Below, one piece after another: positions 51,198 to 64,000 of a DNA stretch of 64,000 nucleotides (position 1 is its first letter; the number at the start of each line of letters is the position of its first letter). The DNA comes from Botryllus schlosseri. Taxonomy: Eukaryota. The notes beneath the pieces are model-generated. The model saw only the letters and a list, made by a program, of their open reading frames with translations, was not told the origin of the DNA and made no database searches. Location: positions 11,472,001-11,536,000 of the forward strand of contig CM119371.1 in assembly GCA_051294905.1 (NCBI GenBank), read 5' to 3'. A program made the position numbers and the translations under genes.

Positions 51198-51428
51198 GCC
51201 AGATAACTGAAAATAATAAATAAAATTAAAAAATTAAAAAGCGCGAAATATTACATTTTATCCCGGAACGCAACAAGAAAAATCGTATGAGTTTTGTAAA
51301 GTAAATAGAAAACTATGCCTGATAACTGAAAATAATAAAAAATAAAATTAAAAAGCGCGAAAATTACATTTTATCCCGGAACGCAACACGAAAAATCGTA
51401 TGACTTTTTTAAAGTAGAAAGAAAACTA
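51198..51428 (+). repeat. Tandem duplication, 2 x ~115 bp (mirrored at 61561-61791)
   Basis: GATAACTGAAAATAATAAA...TTATCCCGGAACGCAAC occurs twice. Confidence 0.85.
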
Positions 51429-52756
51429 CACTATTCCGATGCACTAAAGACTTTCACACTCCGGATTTTGTATAGTATATAATAATTTTACATTGCGGGG
51501 TATTCAGTAAACTTTAATCCAGTGATCCTCCGTCTATTTTCAATCACGCTCCTCTTATTAGTATAGGTTTCGAACCACACATCCAGTACGTTTTATGGGG
51601 ATTAATATTTTTAGACTCAAATACATTTCCAATGTACCAAAGTCTTACAGTACAGATTTTGTAGAGTAGTTAGAAAACTACCTTTTGAGTCGATAGCGAA
51701 GTACTTGCTCATTTTAGAGTACTCAAGTATTGGTTTGGCCTTGGTAGCAATGTACTCAATCAAGTGATTATCTATTTACAGCGCACTAAAAATTTACTGA
51801 TACTAAAATGTTAAAATGTACTTTTTCAATGCCCTCGATGAGCAGCGCCAGTTTCAACTATATCCTATCATGCATTTTCGCGCTGCAGAATGACTTATCG
51901 CAACGAAAAATAGCAAAAATACATCGAGAATCTGCAAACTCTCACTGCGAAATATTTGACTTTTGCGAATTATCCTTCAAAGTGAGCTTACATATTGGAT
52001 ATTATCAAAACCCTCTCCATATCGAAATAATTGTACATTTGGAGTACTTAAGTATAGGTTTTGCCTGCTTGCGCTATACTTAATCAAGTGATTATCTATT
52101 TAGACTTCATCTACTTCTATTTATATTTCAGAGTTTTCAGTTATCAGACAAATAATACATTCAATACTTACTTTTTTACTCGCTCGGAAATCAGCACTTC
52201 ATGTACTTCAGAAGAAATTTACTGGTAATAGAATGTTGAAATGTACTTTTCCATTGGCCTTGATGAGCGGGCCCAGTTTCATCTATATTGTACAATGCAT
52301 TTTCACACTTCAGAATGACTTATCGCAATGAAAAATAGCACAAATACATCGAGAATTCTCGAACCATCACTATACGATAATTGAGTTTTACAAATTACCC
52401 GTCAAAGTGAACCTACATGTTGGGTATTATCCAAAACCTCGTGGAATTTTGCTCCGAGCGACAAATCCTTTGAATTAAGGTGGAAGTACCTATTTCCGAC
52501 TAAGTAAAACGTCAGTATTCCAGGTCTATTTCTGCTCAATTCTGAAACTATAACGGATTTGAAGCAGTACAATATCATAAACACTTGAGAGTATTTGTTG
52601 CATGTAGGCAAAAAACGTACTTGAGTACTCGGAAGAAGTCAATGCTTACTTGTTTAGCCGCTCGGACATCGTCACTTCTTGTACTTTAATGGAAATTTAC
52701 TGCTGATAAATGAGTAATCGACTTTACTCGATATTCGCGTACCATGAAACTGAAGA

Positions 52757-53182
52757 ATGAATAGACGCGTTTTCAAACTATAGAATGATATAGTCTCTGC
52801 AAAATGTTTTTGATATCACGATAACTTTTTACATGAATGGTCACGTATCCTAATATTCAAATAACCCAACACAGAGCTCGTACTTACAGGAATATCGTAG
52901 TTCTTGTAACAAAGTTGTATGTGCACAATATATATTTAAGGTAAGTCCTACAATTCATGATTTCGTCCGATGAATAGACGCGTTTTCAAACTATAGAATG
53001 ATATAGTCTCTGCAAAATGTTTTTGATATCAAGATAACTTTTTACATGAATGGTCACGTATCCTAATATTCAAATAACCCAACACAGAGCTCGTACTTAC
53101 AGGAATATCGTAGTTCTTGTAACAAAGTTGTATGTGCACAATATATGTTTAAGGTAAGTCCTACACTTCATGATTTCGTCCG
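52757..53182 (+). repeat. Tandem duplication, 2 x 213 bp (mirrored at 59807-60232)
   Basis: ATGAATAGACGCGTTTTCAAAC begins at both 52757 and 52970. Confidence 0.9.
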
Positions 53183-56100
53183 AGTTTGTATTTTAGAAAA
53201 TATTATACAACAATTTACTTTACTAACGAGAAGTGTCGAGTTATCGAATGATTTTCCCTTCCGTCAAAACAAATAGAATGTGAAACTATATTGCTAACGT
53301 TTCTAACCCTTTGCACACCAGTGGTAAATCACACAAGCAACAAGTTTCGAGAATCGAGTTATTGAATAACGTGAAAGCGTTTTTCCAGTGTCAAGTCGTT
53401 ATGTTGATTAAAGCGTTTATTTTAATACCCCGAAGTGAGACTTCGAAACTATCGTCAGTTCTCCAAGAGCAAATATCGTGCTCTACAAGTGTTAAGTTGT
53501 TGTATTATGTAGCTGGTAATTGATGCACGTAAGCCAAGCATCGAACCAACTTGTGTTAACTTGCGTTATTATGTACCTAGTAATTGGTGCGAGTAATCCC
53601 GCAACTGCTGCTGTTCAATGGCTTTACCGCGTTCTTACCAAGTACCTTAATAAGGATAGACAGCCCCAAGCAGATAATGTAAGTATGTATGTATTTATGA
53701 ATGATGGGTCTTATGGTGCTTGATGATAGAAGCTGGTCTTCTATTCTATATTCCGAAATAATCAAGCTGGTGGTTTTACCAGCAGCGCGCCACATAGAAA
53801 CTTTAGTAGAATCACTTATTATAACTCCTCACGTTCACTCAAGTAAATCTAATTTGATACTCGAGTACTGAACCTTAATTTTCCAGCAGTGTGATAAACG
53901 CCGTCAGATGGTACTCAACATCGCGCAATTCCGCTCGAATACAAGTAAAAGTACAGATTTCGAAGTAAGTAAGTACGTGAGTAACTGGTTATGTTTGTAG
54001 ACTATATCTCCACTTCTATCGTTCAGAGATGTTGCGCAGAGAAGTACATGTATTTCTTCAAAGTACTCAAGTGATTTTTTTGCCTACATGCACCAACTAC
54101 TCAAGTGTTTATGATATAGGCCTGCTTCAAATTCAAGACAGTTTCAGTATTAAACAAAAATGGACCTTGAATATTAACTTTTACAATGTGAAATTTTATA
54201 TGCATAAACTAAGAAACGTCACTTTTACAATCGTTCGGTATGATTTCTATATTATTCCACTCTCGTTATTGGACCGCGGTGTGACGCCGAGCTATATCTC
54301 GATGCCTAGGCTTCCGCATTTATTGTTTTTTCGATTTATTCTGCCCTATGTAGATTTAACATAAGGAAGGTTATTTCACTCATAAAATTCGGAATACGTA
54401 TTTGCTCGAGTTAAAGCCATAACGTTTGGAGTGAAATTTTACGTGGTTTTCGTTGATATCCAACTGGGCTAATTTCGAAATGTAAATTGAAAAACTCAAA
54501 TATCGCATAGTAGGACTTCCCAAATTTTCGGTATATTTTTACTATTTTTTCACGTTGATGATAAGTCGTTCAGGACAGCGAAATGCATTATAGGAAATAG
54601 ATGAAACTGGTACAATTCATCGAGACCCCTGAAAAAAAAAGTACATTTCATTTCAACATTTTATTAGCAGGTAATCGAAATACCACAAACTGTGCTAACC
54701 TTTGGAGTTGTTAAGTAAAGAAGTACTCGTACTTTTTCAGAGTATACCAAGTAGGTTTTTTGCCTACATGCACCAAATACTCTCAAGTCCTTATGATATC
54801 GGAGTGCTTCAACTTCATGATAATTATAGTATTAAGCAGAAATATATCTGGAGTACTAACGTTTTACTTACTCGGAAATGACTACTTCTATCTTATTTTG
54901 AAGGATTCCTCGCTCGACGCGTAATTTTATGAGGTTTTGAATAATATCCAACATATAGGCTCACTTTGAAGGGTACTTCGTAAAACTCAAATATTGCACA
55001 GTGAGAGTTCGCAAACTCTAGATGTATTTTCGGTATTTTTATTGCGGTAAGTCATTCTGCGGCGCGATAATGCATCGTAGGATATAGATGAAACTGACAC
55101 CGCTCACCAAGGCCACTGAAAAGAAGTACATTTCAACATTTTAGTAGCAGTAAATTCCTAGTAAAGGACAAGAAGTGATGATTTCCGAGTGAGGTAAAAA
55201 GTAAGTATTGAAGGTATAGTTTGCTCGAAAAACCGACAACTCTGAAATAGAAGTAGATGCAGTGTAAATAGTTAATCACTTGATTAAGTATAGCGCAAGC
55301 AGGCCAAACCTATACTTGAGTACTCCAAAATGTGCAAGTACTTCGCTATCGACTCACTCCACGTAAAAAGTGACTTGGTTTTAGAGTACTTTATCAGTTC
55401 TTGACAGTTTCAGTTTTAGACAAAATTTGGAATAAAAAACTAGCTCATTCACCCATTCGGAAATCTTTTCTTTAACCTGTACTTGAGTGTAGCAAGTAAA
55501 TCTCATTTATTATTAATTCTACATGTACTTGTACACTTGACCATGTGGTATGACTTACATAATGACTTTTCGCTATATTTGAAGTCTGTCAAATAGCAGT
55601 ATATGTTACGGTGAGCTTCTATTCGTTCTGTATGATCATCTTGACTAACGATATTCATTCGACGAGCTCTTCAGTGATAGTCCTGGGACTTGGAACAGTG
55701 TTATATGACATCATAGCGATACGAAGTTACGACAGTTTAAAATTATCTACCAGGACACCAAATTTCGTTAGTTCATCTCCACCTTCAAATATCGTGTTAT
55801 ACAAATATTGTGTATACGGGATAAATACATATATGGCTATGTTGTTGCAATCTTCAAAAAAGTACCTCCCTCAGTAAGCAATTGCTCGTAGGCTATGCAT
55901 ACACATGAGGACAGTTACATTAACGAGTGGTAACTTGTTGTATTATGTAGCTAGTAATTAGTGCAAGTAAGTCCGCAACTACTGTTCAAGGCCTTTTCCT
56001 CGTTTTTACCAAGCATCCTCGTAAGGATAGACAGCCCCAATCAGCTAATGTAAGTGTGTACTGTGTATGTAGGCCTATGTATGAGGGGTCTTATGCCGCT

Positions 56101-56872
56101 TGACAAATGAAGTTGAACATTCCCGCGCGCGTCTTAGGATTAGGTGGTAGGGTTAGAAAAAATTAGGTTTATGAGCGCGCGGGAATGTTTTTTATGCTTG
56201 TACAACTCAAATACCCATCGGTCTGCTTACTACATTTTAAAGATTCTCTCCGCTATTGTGTATACAAGAATATACTTCTCTTAGTAACCAATTTCTCGTG
56301 AATTCCGAACCACATTGACGTGTGTTAACTTCTGGTATTAGGTGATAATATCATTTTCATGTCTGATAATGCCACTTGTCAAGGTGATACAAACGTAAGT
56401 TCAAGCTACTTTAATGTTAATTCATTCAATTAGCTTGTGTTTATCATGAAATTACTTGGATTATGCTGAGTTTCGCTATTAAAAAACACTGCAACATGAT
56501 TGAATTAATCAAACACAGCGCAAATAATTACAAATCGCCTGCAGTAGGTATTCTTTTATGATATACGAAGGCGGATGACACGATTATCTTATAATACTCT
56601 AGTAATTCATTTATTTATCTTGTGTTAATTATGAAATCACTTGGCTCACGCTGTAAATTACACTGCAACGTGAAAAGTTATTATATTTATTCTCATAAGT
56701 TAGAGCTAAATTTGAACTCGTTGGAAAAATAAGATTCAGTATGCCTACTTGATTATCAAATTAGATTTACTTGAGTAAACGTGAGGAGTTATAAGTTATT
56801 CTACTGGAGTTTCTACGAGGTGAGGTCCTGTCAAAAACCACTAACTTGATTATTTCGGAATAGAATAGACGA

Positions 56873-59800
56873 TCAACTTCATTTGTCAAGCGGCATAAGA
56901 CCCCTCATACATAGGCCTACATACACAGTACACACTTACATTAGCTGATTGGGGCTGTCTATCCTTACGAGGATGCTTGGTAAAAACGAGGAAAAGGCCT
57001 TGAACAGTAGTTGCGGACTTACTTGCACTAATTACTAGCTACAAAATACAACAAGTTACCACTCGTTAATGTAACTGTCCTCATATGTATGCATAGCCTA
57101 CGAGCAATTGCTTACTGAGGGAGGTACTTTTTTGAAGATTGCAACAACATAGCCATATATGTATTTATCCCGTATACACAATATTTGTATAACACGATAT
57201 TTGAAGGTGGAGATGAACTAACGAAATTTGGTGTCCTGGTAGATAATTTTAAACTGTCGTAACTTCGTATCGGTATGATGTCATATAACACTGTTCCAAG
57301 TCCCAGGACTATCACTGAAGAGCTCGTCGAATGAATATCGTTAGTCAAGATGATCATACAGAACGAATAGAAGCTCACCGTAACATATACTGCTATTTGA
57401 CAGACTTCAAATATAGCGAAAAGTCATTATGTAAGTCATACCACATGGTCAAGTGTACAAGTACATGTAGAATTAATAATAAATGAGATTTACTTGCTAC
57501 ACTCAAGTACAGGTTAAAGAAAAGATTTCCGAATGGGTGAATGAGCTAGTTTTTTATTCCAAATTTTGTCTAAAACTGAAACTGTCAAGAACTGATAAAG
57601 TACTCTAAAACCAAGTCACTTTTTACGTGGAGTGAGTCGATAGCGAAGTACTTGCACATTTTGGAGTACTCAAGTATAGGTTTGGCCTGCTTGTGCTATA
57701 CTTAATCAAGTGATTAACTATTTACACTGCATCTACTTCTATTTCAGAGTTGTCGGTTTTTCGAGCAAACTATACCTTCAATACTTACTTTTTACCTCAC
57801 TCGGAAATCATCACTTCTTGTCCTTTACTAGGAATTTACTGCTACTAAAATGTTGAAATGTACTTCTTTTCAGTGGCCTTGGTGAGCGGTGTCAGTTTCA
57901 TCTATATCCTACGATGCATTATCGCGCCGCAGAATGACTTACCGCAATAAAAATACCGAAAATACATCGAGAGTTTGCGAACTCTCACTGTGCAATATTT
58001 GAGTTTTACGAAGTACCCTTCAAAGTGAGCCTATATGTTGGATATTATTCAAAACCTCATAAAATTACGCGTCGAGCGAGGAATCCTTCAAAATAAGATA
58101 GAAGTAGTCATTTCCGAGTAAGTAAAACGTTAGTACTCCAGATATATTTCTGCTTAATACTATAATTATCATGAAGTTGAAGCACTCCGATATCATAAGG
58201 ACTTGAGAGTATTTGGTGCATGTAGGCAAAAAACCTACTTGGTATACTCTGAAAAAGTACGAGTACTTCTTTACTTAACAACTCCAAAGGTTAGCACAGT
58301 TTGTGGTATTTCGATTACCTGCTAATAAAATGTTGAAATGAAATGTACTTTTTTTTTCAGGGGTCTCGATGAATTGTACCAGTTTCATCTATTTCCTATA
58401 ATGCATTTCGCTGTCCTGAACGACTTATCATCAACGTGAAAAAATAGTAAAAATATACCGAAAATTTGGGAAGTCCTACTATGCGATATTTGAGTTTTTC
58501 AATTTACATTTCGAAATTAGCCCAGTTGGATATCAACGAAAACCACGTAAAATTTCACTCCAAACGTTATGGCTTTAACTCGAGCAAATACGTATTCCGA
58601 ATTTTATGAGTGAAATAACCTTCCTTATGTTAAATCTACATAGGGCAGAATAAATCGAAAAAACAATAAATGCGGAAGCCTAGGCATCGAGATATAGCTC
58701 GGCGTCACACCGCGGTCCAATAACGAGAGTGGAATAATATAGAAATCATACCGAACGATTGTAAAAGTGACGTTTCTTAGTTTATGCATATAAAATTTCA
58801 CATTGTAAAAGTTAATATTCAAGGTCCATTTTTGTTTAATACTGAAACTGTCTTGAATTTGAAGCAGGCCTATATCATAAACACTTGAGTAGTTGGTGCA
58901 TGTAGGAAAAAAAATCACTTGAGTACTTTGAAGAAATACATGTACTTCTCTGCGCAACATCTCTGAACGATAGAAGTGGAGATATAGTCTACAAACATAA
59001 CCAGTTACTCACGTACTTACTTACTTCGAAATCTGTACTTTTACTTGTATTCGAGCGGAATTGCGCGATGTTGAGTACCATCTGACGGCGTTTATCACAC
59101 TGCTGGAAAATTAAGGTTCAGTACTCGAGTATCAAATTAGATTTACTTGAGTGAACGTGAGGAGTTATAATAAGTGATTCTACTAAAGTTTCTATGTGGC
59201 GCGCTGCTGGTAAAACCACCAGCTTGATTATTTCGGAATATAGAATAGAAGACCAGCTTCTATCATCAAGCACCATAAGACCCATCATTCATAAATACAT
59301 ACATACTTACATTATCTGCTTGGGGCTGTCTATCCTTATTAAGGTACTTGGTAAGAACGCGGTAAAGCCATTGAACAGCAGCAGTTGCGGGATTACTCGC
59401 ACCAATTACTAGGTACATAATAACGCAAGTTAACACAAGTTGGTTCGATGCTTGGCTTACGTGCATCAATTACCAGCTACATAATACAACAACTTAACAC
59501 TTGTAGAGCACGATATTTGCTCTTGGAGAACTGACGATAGTTTCGAAGTCTCACTTCGGGGTATTAAAATATACGCTTTAATCAACATAACGACTTGACA
59601 CTGGAAAAACGCTTTCACGTCATTCAATAACTCGATTCTCGAAACTTGTTGCTTGTGTGATTTACCACTGGTGTGCAAAGGGTTAGAAACGTTAGCAATA
59701 TAGTTTCACATTCTATTTGTTTTGACGGAAGGGAAAATCATTCGATAACTCGACACTTCTCGTTAGTAAAGTAAATTGTTGTATAATATTTTCTAAAATA

Positions 59801-62800
59801 CAAACTCGGACGAAATCATGAAGTGTAGGACTTACCTTAAACATATATTGTGCACATACAACTTTGTTACAAGAACTACGATATTCCTGTAAGTACGAGC
59901 TCTGTGTTGGGTTATTTGAATATTAGGATACGTGACCATTCATGTAAAAAGTTATCTTGATATCAAAAACATTTTGCAGAGACTATATCATTCTATAGTT
60001 TGAAAACGCGTCTATTCATCGGACGAAATCATGAATTGTAGGACTTACCTTAAATATATATTGTGCACATACAACTTTGTTACAAGAACTACGATATTCC
60101 TGTAAGTACGAGCTCTGTGTTGGGTTATTTGAATATTAGGATACGTGACCATTCATGTAAAAAGTTATCGTGATATCAAAAACATTTTGCAGAGACTATA
60201 TCATTCTATAGTTTGAAAACGCGTCTATTCATTCTTCAGTTTCATGGTACGCGAATATCGAGTAAAGTCGATTACTCATTTATCAGCAGTAAATTTCTAT
60301 TAAAGTACAAGAAGTGACGATGTCCGAGCGGCTAAACAAGTAAGCATTGACTTCTTCCGAGTACTCAAGTACGTTTTTTGCCTACATGCAACAAATACTC
60401 TCAAGTGTTTATGATATTGTACTGCTTCAAATCCGTTATAGTTTCAGAATTGAGCAGAAATAGACCTGGAATACTGACGTTTTACTTAGTCGGAAATAGG
60501 TACTTCCACCTTAATTCAAAGGATTTGTCGCTCGGAGCAAAATTCCACGAGGTTTTGGATAATACCCAACATGTAGGTTCACTTTGACGGGTAATTTGTA
60601 AAACTCAATTATCGTATAGTGATGGTTCGAGAATTCTCGATGTATTTGTGCTATTTTTCATTGCGATAAGTCATTCTGAAGTGTGAAAATGCATTGTACA
60701 ATATAGATGAAACTGGGCCCGCTAATCAAGGCCAATGGAAAAGTACATTTCAACATTCTATTACCAGTAAATTTCTTCTGAAGTACATGAAGTGCTGATT
60801 TCCGAGCGAGTAAAAAAGTAAGTATTGAATGTATTATTTGTCTGATAACTGAAAACTCTGAAATATAAATAGAAGTAGATGAAGTCTAAATAGATAATCA
60901 CTTGATTAAGTATAGCGCAAGCAGGCAAAACCTATACTTAAGTACTCCAAATGTACAATTATTTCGATATGGAGAAGGTTTTGATAATATCCAATATGTA
61001 AGCTCACTTTGAAGGATAATTCGCAAAAGTCAAATATTTCGCAGTGAGAGTTTGCAGATTCTCGATGTATTTTTGCTATTTTTCGTTGCGATAAGTCATT
61101 CTGCAGCGCGAAAATGCATGATAGGATATAGTTGAAACTGGCGCTGCTCATCGAGGGCATTGAAAAAGTACATTTTAACATTTTAGTATCAGTAAATTTT
61201 TAGTGCGCTGTAAATAGATAATCACTTGATTGAGTACATTGCTACCAAGGCCAAACCAATACTTGAGTACTCTAAAATGAGCAAGTACTTCGCTATCGAC
61301 TCAAAAGGTAGTTTTCTAACTACTCTACAAAATCTGTACTGTAAGACTTTGGTACATTGGAAATGTATTTGAGTCTAAAAATATTAATCCCCATAAAACG
61401 TACTGGATGTGTGGTTCGAAACCTATACTAATAAGAGGAGCGTGATTGAAAATAGACGGAGGATCACTGGATTAAAGTTTACTGAATACCCCGCAATGTA
61501 AAATTATTATATACTATACAAAATCCGGAGTGTGAAAGTCTTTAGTGCATCGGAATAGTGTAGTTTTCTTTCTACTTTAAAAAAGTCATACGATTTTTCG
61601 TGTTGCGTTCCGGGATAAAATGTAATTTTCGCGCTTTTTAATTTTATTTTTTATTATTTTCAGTTATCAGGCATAGTTTTCTATTTACTTTACAAAACTC
61701 ATACGATTTTTCTTGTTGCGTTCCGGGATAAAATGTAATATTTCGCGCTTTTTAATTTTTTAATTTTATTTATTATTTTCAGTTATCTGGCAAACTATAC
61801 CTTTAATACGTACTTTTTCACTTGTTGGAGATCTGCACTTCCTGTACTTTAGTAGAAATTTAGTGATAATAAAATGTTGGAATGTACTTTTTTCATTGCT
61901 CTGGATGAGAGGTGTCAGTGTCATAAACTTATCCGACAGCATCAGGTATAGGCGATGGAGAAAGCTATGCACTATCTAGTAGAGAACCTCTCGAATTGGT
62001 ATTTTCTAATACCTCATTCCCATAGTTTTCTTAATAAAATTAGTATTCATTTTACAAAAAACGTCGTGTAAAGGTAAAGTACTTGTACATTTCGTAGTGC
62101 TCAAGTATAAGTTTTTAAACTATTAACTTGATAAAATGTTCAGAATATCAACTTTTTGCGTAAAGTCTGTCTTGCATTTAGTTGCCGGCTCTGAAAGCAA
62201 GCAAAGTTTGTGGTATTTGCGCAACATCGAAATTTGTACACTTGACGCTTATCTTATGTCGAAAACATAAGTTAGTTAACAATATTTCGAATCATGGGTA
62301 TGAATAATTTTTAAAAACCTAAATATGGCGCATCCAAACTTCGTAAATTCTTTCGGTTAGTTTTTGTCGTTTTTATCTACTTTAAAAGACTCATTCAGAC
62401 CTCGAAGCTACGTGAACACTTGTTCATTGGAACTTGAGTCCAACACCAAAAAGATCTACTTTACAAAGCTCTACTCTGAAAGCAAGCAAAGTTCGTATTA
62501 TTTGATCAACATGGAAATTCGTGCACTTTGCGATGATAATTTAAAATATAGAGTATTAAAGTCATTAATGCATCGGTCGCAATTCCGCTCGAATACAAGT
62601 AGAGATTTCAAAGTAAGTAAGTGGTTATGTTCGTAGACTAACCCCACTTCTACGTAACGATAACGGGTTTTCATAGAAATCTGCTTACTTTTATAACTTT
62701 ATATTTTGTGAAGTAGAGAGTAGTTTAAGGTTATGTTTGTCTAACCTTGACGAGTGCTATTGTCACACTCGATTACCATCTTTAATTCATGGCTATCTCA

Positions 62801-63844
62801 ATGATGTTGACTAAATTTACGGCTTCAGAACGTGCTAATTAGACCTAATCGTTATAACGCTGGGGTTCGCGTACAGGTATCGAAAGTGTTTATATAATTA
62901 AAGCCCCGCGAATCGCACGCCTGCGGCTATAGTTCGTTCGATTATTTTCGCCTGGGGATTCGCGTATTGCTGCTAAGCTGTTACGACTTTAGAAAATTCT
63001 ACAAGACTATTCGGAACGCGCACATGCGAGTGATTTGTTTCCGTAGCTACGAACTGGAGAATCGCTTGCCTGCGTCTAATGAAAATAAGTCGTAAAATGT
63101 GGAGGCTGCAGAGACCGTAACTTGTATACATAAAATCAAGTTTAAAAATATGGACGGATGAGTTATCTCTGACCAATAGAGTAATATAACCGCCTATAGT
63201 TTAGTGGGGTATTGCTATAATGTATATCCAAACAATCGTTGCAGACTCTGAATGTTACCTAGGTCCTTATCACAAAAAATCATGCATCAGAAGCGTAGGG
63301 ATTCATATTATCAAGTCGCAGCGCTCAAAATCGCATTTTATATTAAGTAATTAGTGATGATGTGTAGAATTTTGATATTAATAATATTATCCGGAGAATA
63401 TAGCCTTGCATAGACATCATAGTTTTCGCATTTATGTATAATCTGAATAGGAATTTAAATACATAGTCCTAAATACACATAATAGAAAATCTGTCGATTC
63501 TAGCCAAGGTAAGATTTGACGCGGCAATCATAAGTCGTAAAATGTGGAAACTGCAGAAACCGTAACTTGTACACATAAAATAAAGTTTAAAAAATATGGA
63601 CGGATGATATTAGTCCTAAATACACATAATACAATATCTGAGAAAAGTATCAAGATGCGGCAATCAATGCAGCGATGATATAGCAATGGATGGATGATGT
63701 GGCACTATAGGCGTGGCGCTTGATGATGTGGCACAGATGACGTAGCAGATGAATGTACCCTCAGGGCATGAAAATGGGTGTGGCAATTAGGATGACGTGG
63801 CGCTCTCTGATTGGACGGTCTATAAGGTCGATACCCTCACTACT
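56873..63844 (-). repeat. Right arm of the giant inverted repeat
   Basis: Reverse complement of 49145-56116 with scattered substitutions and no net indel. Confidence 0.97.
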
Positions 63845-64000
63845 TGCGTCTGGGTATACAAAGAGCTGTCGTACATCGATATATATCTTACGTTGTAGTA
63901 ATGATAAGCATTTGCAGTAAATCATTATGGTAAGGACTGTAAATATCCGTCTACGAACACTAAAATGACTAATATGGGGTCACAACAGTTTGAGTTATAA

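Larger units (their letters stand above)
49145..56116 (+). repeat. Left arm of the giant inverted repeat
   Basis: Position x pairs with 112989-x throughout; all mirrored ORF pairs sum to 112989. Confidence 0.97.
49145..63844. mobile_element. 14,700-bp non-coding fold-back element, Polinton/Maverick-like
   Basis: AGTAGT...ACTACT termini, 6-bp TSD TGCGTC (49139-49144 and 63845-63850), 6,972-bp inverted arms and no recognisable ORF. Confidence 0.8.

Noticed and set aside
49813..63176. Paired short ORFs in the arms as genes
   Set aside because: All are 111 aa or shorter with no recognisable motifs. They are duplicated only because the DNA is mirrored.
49145..63844. Giant palindrome as a sequencing or assembly fold-back artefact
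   Set aside because: The arms differ by scattered substitutions, the spacer is unique, and symmetry ends at AGTAGT termini with an exact direct 6-bp duplication. Read-level confirmation is still needed.

Overview
Repeat-saturated, AT-rich eukaryotic DNA. It is probably from an invertebrate animal, inferred from short GT-AG introns and the transposon families present. No host gene could be supported. (1) 1-31911 is a stack of three CMC-EnSpm/CACTA transposons: copy B (3546-31235) inserted in inverted orientation into same-family copy A, and a diverged copy C (14823-23996) inserted into an intron of B. B and C each carry their transposase inside intron 1 of a spliced SAM-domain gene. Nested in the stack are a PIF/Harbinger element, a young gag-only BEL/Pao LTR element with an apparent self-priming site, a solo LTR, a LINE fragment and many hAT/Kolobok MITEs. 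(2) 32-49 kb is MITE-rich DNA with a tRNA-derived SINE and a Penelope-like 3' fragment ending in a minimal hammerhead ribozyme. (3) 49145-63844 is a 14,700-bp element made of two near-identical 6,972-bp inverted arms around a 756-bp spacer. It has AGTAGT termini, a perfect 6-bp TSD (TGCGTC) and no recognisable genes, and looks like a non-coding fold-back Polinton/Maverick-like element. All coordinates and identities were read by eye; no database searches were run.
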